NCBI RefSeq assembly: GCF_000039765.1
Contig: NC_004459.3
Coordinates: 2,451,127-2,483,126 of the forward strand
DNA length: 32,000 nt
Direction: 5' to 3'
From: Vibrio vulnificus CMCP6
Lineage (GTDB): Bacteria; Pseudomonadota; Gammaproteobacteria; Enterobacterales; Vibrionaceae
Shown here piece by piece: positions 28,038 to 32,000 of this stretch. The notes beneath the pieces are model-generated. The model made no database searches. It was given only the letters and a program-made list of their open reading frames with translations, and was not told where the DNA came from. The position numbers and the translations under genes are program-made. How positions within the stretch are numbered: the stretch's first letter is position 1; each line of letters opens with the position of its first letter.

Positions 28038-28424
28038 ATGGGGCGAAATCTTCACTATACAATTCCCCGCTTTCTACAAAAGGCACTTGACGAACATACG
28101 AAAGTGCGAGATTGGCAGAGAATCGATCATCCTCAGAACGACAACGATTTTATCTATCGTATCCGACGTACTGATGGACTCTCAGATATAGTTCTACATG
28201 CGGCAGACGACTATAGGTATTTGCTTACGAACTATTTTCAGAAGCCAGATAAAGTTGGGCAAGGTGCTTTTATTCTTATCGCAAGACCTGAAGGTGGCTA
28301 TGCAGATGAGGTGGTCGACATAGCGAAGCAAGATGAAATTAGTATAGGTAAGTTTAGTGCCCTGATGGGAGCCTTATATCGAGAAGACCACTGGAATTAT
28401 GTTCCCAAAGAACGTAGAGAATAA
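28038..28424 (+). CDS. Hypothetical partner protein (128 aa)
   Basis: Starts 1 nt after upstream stop, same cassette. Confidence 0.75.
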   Translation: MGRNLHYTIPRFLQKALDEHTKVRDWQRIDHPQNDNDFIYRIRRTDGLSDIVLHAADDYRYLLTNYFQKPDKVGQGAFILIARPEGGYADEVVDIAKQDEISIGKFSALMGALYREDHWNYVPKERRE

Positions 28425-28550
28425 AACTAACAAACTGTTTAAGAGTGATTCGCAACGCGTGGCAGTTTTGCTATGCGTTGCGTTTAGTGTTTAAGGTGCT
28501 ATGCGGAAGCATCGGTATTGCGTTGCTCACACCTTAACAGGGCGTTAGCT
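28425..28550 (+). repeat. attC site 43
   Basis: AACTAAC...GTTAGCT. Confidence 0.95.
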
Positions 28551-28573
28551 TAAATCATTAACAAGGATGTGTA

Positions 28574-28915
28574 ATGAGAAACAAAAAATGGGTCTTTGCG
28601 GCGATTTTGCTCATTGGTGGCCCTTCACTATTGCCCTTTAGTTTGGAAGTGATTTCTGCAATCGAGTTATTTGGCCTTTTGGGTTTATGGACAATTTACT
28701 CATCCTATGCGGAATATTTGGTGAATCATCCTAGATTCAAAAGAGGTGTTTGCTTAGCGACTAGTTGGGACTTTCAGCCTCAGATGCTGTTCTCTCCAAG
28801 TGAGCTTAAGGCATGTCCCCAGCTAATTTTTCATATGCTTCCAGTTCAAAGCGCTATGGTTTGGACTCTGAATATTCTGTTTTGGGGCGGTGTGGCTTGG
28901 TGCTACATAATTTAA
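28574..28915 (+). CDS. Hypothetical membrane protein (113 aa)
   Basis: Hydrophobic segments; ORF fills cassette. Confidence 0.75.
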   Translation: MRNKKWVFAAILLIGGPSLLPFSLEVISAIELFGLLGLWTIYSSYAEYLVNHPRFKRGVCLATSWDFQPQMLFSPSELKACPQLIFHMLPVQSAMVWTLNILFWGGVAWCYII

Positions 28916-29041
28916 GCTAACAAGGCGTTCAAGAGGGATTCATGCCGCGTGGCATTTTTGGCATGCGGTGAGTTTTGGTAGTAAAAGTGGTCTGCGGAAA
29001 GCTGGTTTAGGCGGCATTCACCCCTTAACGCAGCGTTATAT
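28915..29041 (+). repeat. attC site 44
   Basis: AGCTAAC...GTTATAT. Confidence 0.95.
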
Positions 29042-29066
29042 TTATCCACGTATTTCCATAATCCAT

Positions 29067-29096
29067 TTGATGCTTATGTATGTGTGTAGTTATAAT
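29067..29096 (+). promoter_or_regulatory. Sigma70-like promoter within cassette
   Basis: TTGATG-18 nt-TATAAT. Confidence 0.6.
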
Positions 29097-29333
29097 CAGA
29101 ACACGCAACTTGGGCAAGGCTCTTTTTGCTAGAAGTGCATTCGCATCTTAGATGGTCAGGCGACTGTTGATGATAGTTATGTTGAATGGTTGCACACTTT
29201 GCTGCTTTCACTGCAACTGAGAGCAAATAATCGTTGGTAAGGATTGCAAAACCTTATTCAGCGCGTGACGGCCACTCACGTAAAATATCAGGATTAACTC
29301 TTGAGTCGGCTCGAGAATTATCAGGCGAACTTT

Positions 29334-29426
29334 ATGTTTACTGTTAAAACTCGAAATATAGTGGTTTCAATTGATGTTGCTGCAATAATTAGGGCTTCGG
29401 CTTTATTGTTGGTGCTTTTTTTGTAA
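29334..29426 (+). CDS. Possible 30-aa hydrophobic small ORF
   Basis: MFTVKTRNIVVSIDVAAIIRASALLLVLFL*; weak RBS. Confidence 0.3.
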   Translation: MFTVKTRNIVVSIDVAAIIRASALLLVLFL

Positions 29427-29431
29427 CCTTT

Positions 29432-29456
29432 GGTTGGGGCATCTTTGCCCCAAACC
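29432..29456 (+). terminator. Terminator-like hairpin (no T-run)
   Basis: GGTTGGGGCA-TCTT-TGCCCCAAACC. Confidence 0.45.
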
Positions 29457-29476
29457 ATAAATCTCCACCAATATAA

Positions 29477-29603
29477 ATATAACAAAGCGTTTAAGACGGA
29501 TTCCCAACGCTTGGCATTCTCAGTTTGTTTCAACTTTAGTGTTTACGGCTCAATGCCTTAAGTTTGGTGGCCGCGTTGCTCACCACTTAACGCGGCGTTA
29601 TGC
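29477..29603 (+). repeat. attC site 45
   Basis: ATATAAC...GTTATGC. Confidence 0.95.
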
Positions 29604-29948
29604 TTAATCGCGCAAAATCAGTGGTTTATGGTTTTTCTTTGTTCCCTCGGCTGATTAGCTTCGAGCTAGTCGGCAAGTTGACTTAATTGGGCGCTGCTTT
29701 TCGGACTCTTATTCTTTGGCGCTGAAAATTCAGAGAATTGCCTCAATCAATTTTCAGGTAAGCGCGAGGTTAGGGTGGCTGGCTCAATCAGCAATTTGAT
29801 CTTAGGTTTTTGATTTTTAGCAACCAAATTTCAAAGTCTGATTTTCAAAAATTATGAGTTATTTCAGTTTTTTAGGTTTTACCTTTTGTTAGCTAATCCT
29901 AGCCGAGTTAATCTTGGTTTTGGTAAAAATGTGGGCGTTGAAGCTTAA
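29604..29948 (+). other. Non-coding cassette family A copy 5
   Basis: Close match to other family A copies. Confidence 0.85.
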
Positions 29949-30075
29949 GCATAACAAAGCGTTTAAGTGGGATTTGGCACGCGTGGCATTTTCAGTTTGC
30001 GTTGAGTTCGGTGGTTACGGCACTGTGCGGTAGCTTTTGTATTGCGTGCCTGCACCCCTTAACGCGGCGTTATAT
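29949..30075 (+). repeat. attC site 46
   Basis: GCATAAC...GTTATAT. Confidence 0.95.
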
Positions 30076-30107
30076 GCTAATTATGTCCACTAAACTAAAG
30101 GTGCTTT

Positions 30108-30443
30108 ATGGAACTAGATAAATTTGTAACAAAGACATTATTGATGATATCGAAGGGTGTTTATGATGCTCAAAATAGTAGTCCCGAATATGGCGTTAAA
30201 GTAAACGAGCTTCCAATTACCAGCTTTTCTCGCAATGATCCATTGTCTCAAAATGGAACTTTCATGCAGAATGTTACTTTCGACGTCGCAATTACTACTG
30301 AAGAGGTATCTGAAGGAGATGCGAAAATATCAGTTTTGGGTCTTTCTTTGGGTAAAAATGGCAGTTTCACAGATGTGTACTCATCGCGGATAAAATTTAC
30401 AATCCCTCTATCTTTTCCCAGATCAAGTCTAGATAAACAATAG
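30108..30443 (+). CDS. Hypothetical protein (111 aa)
   Basis: ORF fills cassette. Confidence 0.78.
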   Translation: MELDKFVTKTLLMISKGVYDAQNSSPEYGVKVNELPITSFSRNDPLSQNGTFMQNVTFDVAITTEEVSEGDAKISVLGLSLGKNGSFTDVYSSRIKFTIPLSFPRSSLDKQ

Positions 30444-30449
30444 GCACGC

Positions 30450-30576
30450 ATATAACAAGGCGTTCAAGTGGGATTCATGCCGCGTGGCATTTTTGGTATG
30501 CGGTGAGTTTTGGCGGTGAAAGTGGTCTGCTGGAAGTTGGTTTGAGCGGCACTCACCCCTTAACGCGGCGTTAGTT
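30450..30576 (+). repeat. attC site 47
   Basis: ATATAAC...GTTAGTT. Confidence 0.95.
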
Positions 30577-30935
30577 GCCAACGAGGAAAAACGTACCTAA
30601 AGCGGAATGTTAAGGGCTAATGTTCGTGTGTTTGGCTAGGTTTTCGTATTTCAATTTCTAACTATTTGGGTTTGTGAAAATCGAGTTTTGGTTTCTTGTG
30701 TGATTGGATTTTCTGTTTCGTAAGCTTATTTGGGTGTTGAAAGTCAGCTCGGTTAAATTATATCTGTCCAAAAGAGCTTTTTGGTGTTGTTAGCCCGTTT
30801 TCTACGGCGTTGTATGTTCCAAGTGGTTTCAGTGACAGGCGCTTTGAAACTACGCCTGATTCGAGTGTTCCAAAACACGTAAAGCTAGTGTTGGCAAAGC
30901 GGTAATAAACTCCAGATCCTAGCCTTGAGCTTGGC
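30577..30935 (+). other. Non-coding cassette family B copy 3
   Basis: TTAGTTGCCAACGAGGAAAA start and GTGACAGGCGCTTTGAAACTACGCCTGA core. Confidence 0.82.
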
Positions 30936-31062
30936 AACTAACAAAGCATTCAAGAGGGATTCACAACGCTTGGCAATTTTGGTTTGAATTGGCTTTAGTG
31001 TTTACGGCACAATGGTTTAGGTTAGGTGGTAGCGTTGTTCACCCCTTAATGCGGCGTTATGT
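30936..31062 (+). repeat. attC site 48
   Basis: AACTAAC...GTTATGT. Confidence 0.95.
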
Positions 31063-31078
31063 AGCAAGGAGATACGGT

Positions 31079-31486
31079 GTGCTTAACTTTTTGAATAAAA
31101 AGTCTTATGTTCAGTCAGTTGCTAAAGATGTAGCTCCTAAACTGTGTGCTAAGTTTGGGAAAAAGCTCGTCTATTCGTTTCAGGAAATTAGTTGGGCATT
31201 GAGTGAGATTAAGCGTAGTGATGACCAGTTCTATAGGTCAGTTTCTTATGGCATGTTGTTGCCTTACAGTAAAGAGTTGACTATCGAGTTACAAGAAGAC
31301 TTGGGTGACTTGTTAGAGTTTCAAAAGTCTGTCGGAGAGATCTTATTTAACGTGTCGGAAGTTCCATCGTTTGAAAGCTACCTGTTATATGCAGAGGTAA
31401 ATTCAGCACCTAAATGTAGTGTTACGAACACGACTCTAGATAGTTCCGGTGGAGTAAACTTTCTTGATTTTGGTGGCGCTGACTAG
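31079..31486 (+). CDS. Hypothetical protein (135 aa)
   Basis: GTG start 31079 after AAGGAG. Confidence 0.7.
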   Translation: MLNFLNKKSYVQSVAKDVAPKLCAKFGKKLVYSFQEISWALSEIKRSDDQFYRSVSYGMLLPYSKELTIELQEDLGDLLEFQKSVGEILFNVSEVPSFESYLLYAEVNSAPKCSVTNTTLDSSGGVNFLDFGGAD

Positions 31487-31488
31487 CT

Positions 31489-31615
31489 ACATAACAAGGC
31501 GTTTAAGAGGGATTCATGCCGCGTGGCATTTTTGGCATGCGGTGAGTTTTGGCGGTGAAAGTGGTCTGCGGAAAGCTGGTTTAGGCGGCATTCACCCCTT
31601 AACGCAGCGTTAGGC
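31489..31615 (+). repeat. attC site 49
   Basis: ACATAAC...GTTAGGC. Confidence 0.95.
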
Positions 31616-31637
31616 GCTATTCACTTTAGGATTAGGG

Positions 31638-32000
31638 ATGAACGTAGAATTTAGAGTGATCAATTTGGCGCAAGATTATGATTTTTGCGTAGCTGCTCGA
31701 AAGGATGCTTACTATTGCAGTTTCGAGACCTTTTCGGGTTTTGATGATTTCATAGCAGGTTATCGAGAACGAATCCAAGAAAGGCAATCTGAAGCAGGTT
31801 GGTTTTACATCCATATCTGGTTGGATGGAAAATTGGTAGGGCAGTTAGAGTTTCGTTCCTTTTCACCCGAGCCAGAGACCGGTTATGTTCATTTGGTTTA
31901 CTTGTTGCCTGAAGTTCGCGGTTCTGGTTTGAGCCAGCAAGTTCAGGTCTACATCGAAACAGAATTAGCACGAGCTGGTTGTGATCGTGCTGTGCTTTCC
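31638..32000 (+). CDS. GNAT-family N-acetyltransferase (partial, runs off window)
   Basis: MNVEFRVINLAQDYDFCVAARKDAYY...GYVHLVYLLPEVRGSGLSQQVQVYIETELARAGC; open to window end. Confidence 0.82.
   Translation, partial: MNVEFRVINLAQDYDFCVAARKDAYYCSFETFSGFDDFIAGYRERIQERQSEAGWFYIHIWLDGKLVGQLEFRSFSPEPETGYVHLVYLLPEVRGSGLSQQVQVYIETELARAGCDRAVLS

Noticed and set aside
29321-29533. 70-aa minus-strand ORF
   Set aside because: Starts within attC and lacks an RBS.
1188-31486. Track ORFs with N-terminal extensions inside attC (e.g. 1188, 8811, 9399, 10696, 24960, 25576, 30989)
   Set aside because: The extensions are translated attC sequence (..HPLxxRYV..). Proper RBS/start pairs occur just after the attC, so I used the internal starts.
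1-32000. Regularly spaced repeats as a CRISPR array
   Set aside because: Repeats are about 97-129 bp, variable, with spacers of hundreds of bp holding ORFs, and have R''/R' core sites. This is attC architecture, not CRISPR.

Overview
The whole window lies inside a large Vibrio-type chromosomal (super)integron cassette array. I count 49 attC sites (VCR-like, about 97 or 125-129 bp), all in the same orientation. They bound 48 complete cassettes plus two partial ones: the 3' end of a ParE toxin cassette on the left and a GNAT cassette on the right. No integrase, attI, rRNA, tRNA, IS or CRISPR is visible. Recognisable cassette products are: a Phd/ParE-type toxin-antitoxin pair (a second copy is cut by the left window edge), four GNAT acetyltransferases, a left-handed beta-helix acyltransferase, a RibD-like deaminase domain, a bPH-domain membrane protein, a HEPN-motif protein, a HExxHxxxxxH putative metallopeptidase, a membrane-anchored nucleotidyltransferase-like protein with a coupled partner, and many hypotheticals. 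Best leads: (1) two unrelated-looking two-gene cassettes (6802-8165 and 20673-21976), each encoding a soluble protein of about 290 aa plus a multi-TM protein of about 150 aa, resembling lambda RexA/RexB in architecture and partly in sequence pattern; (2) a TM-nucleotidyltransferase plus partner cassette (27068-28424); (3) two multicopy families of apparently non-coding cassettes (8 and 4 copies); (4) complementarity between cassette termini that extends beyond the 7-bp R boxes in nearly all 48 complete cassettes; (5) a reverse-oriented cassette gene with its own terminator, and a promoter-bearing cassette with no clear gene. All functional calls come from reading motifs by eye; no database search was run.
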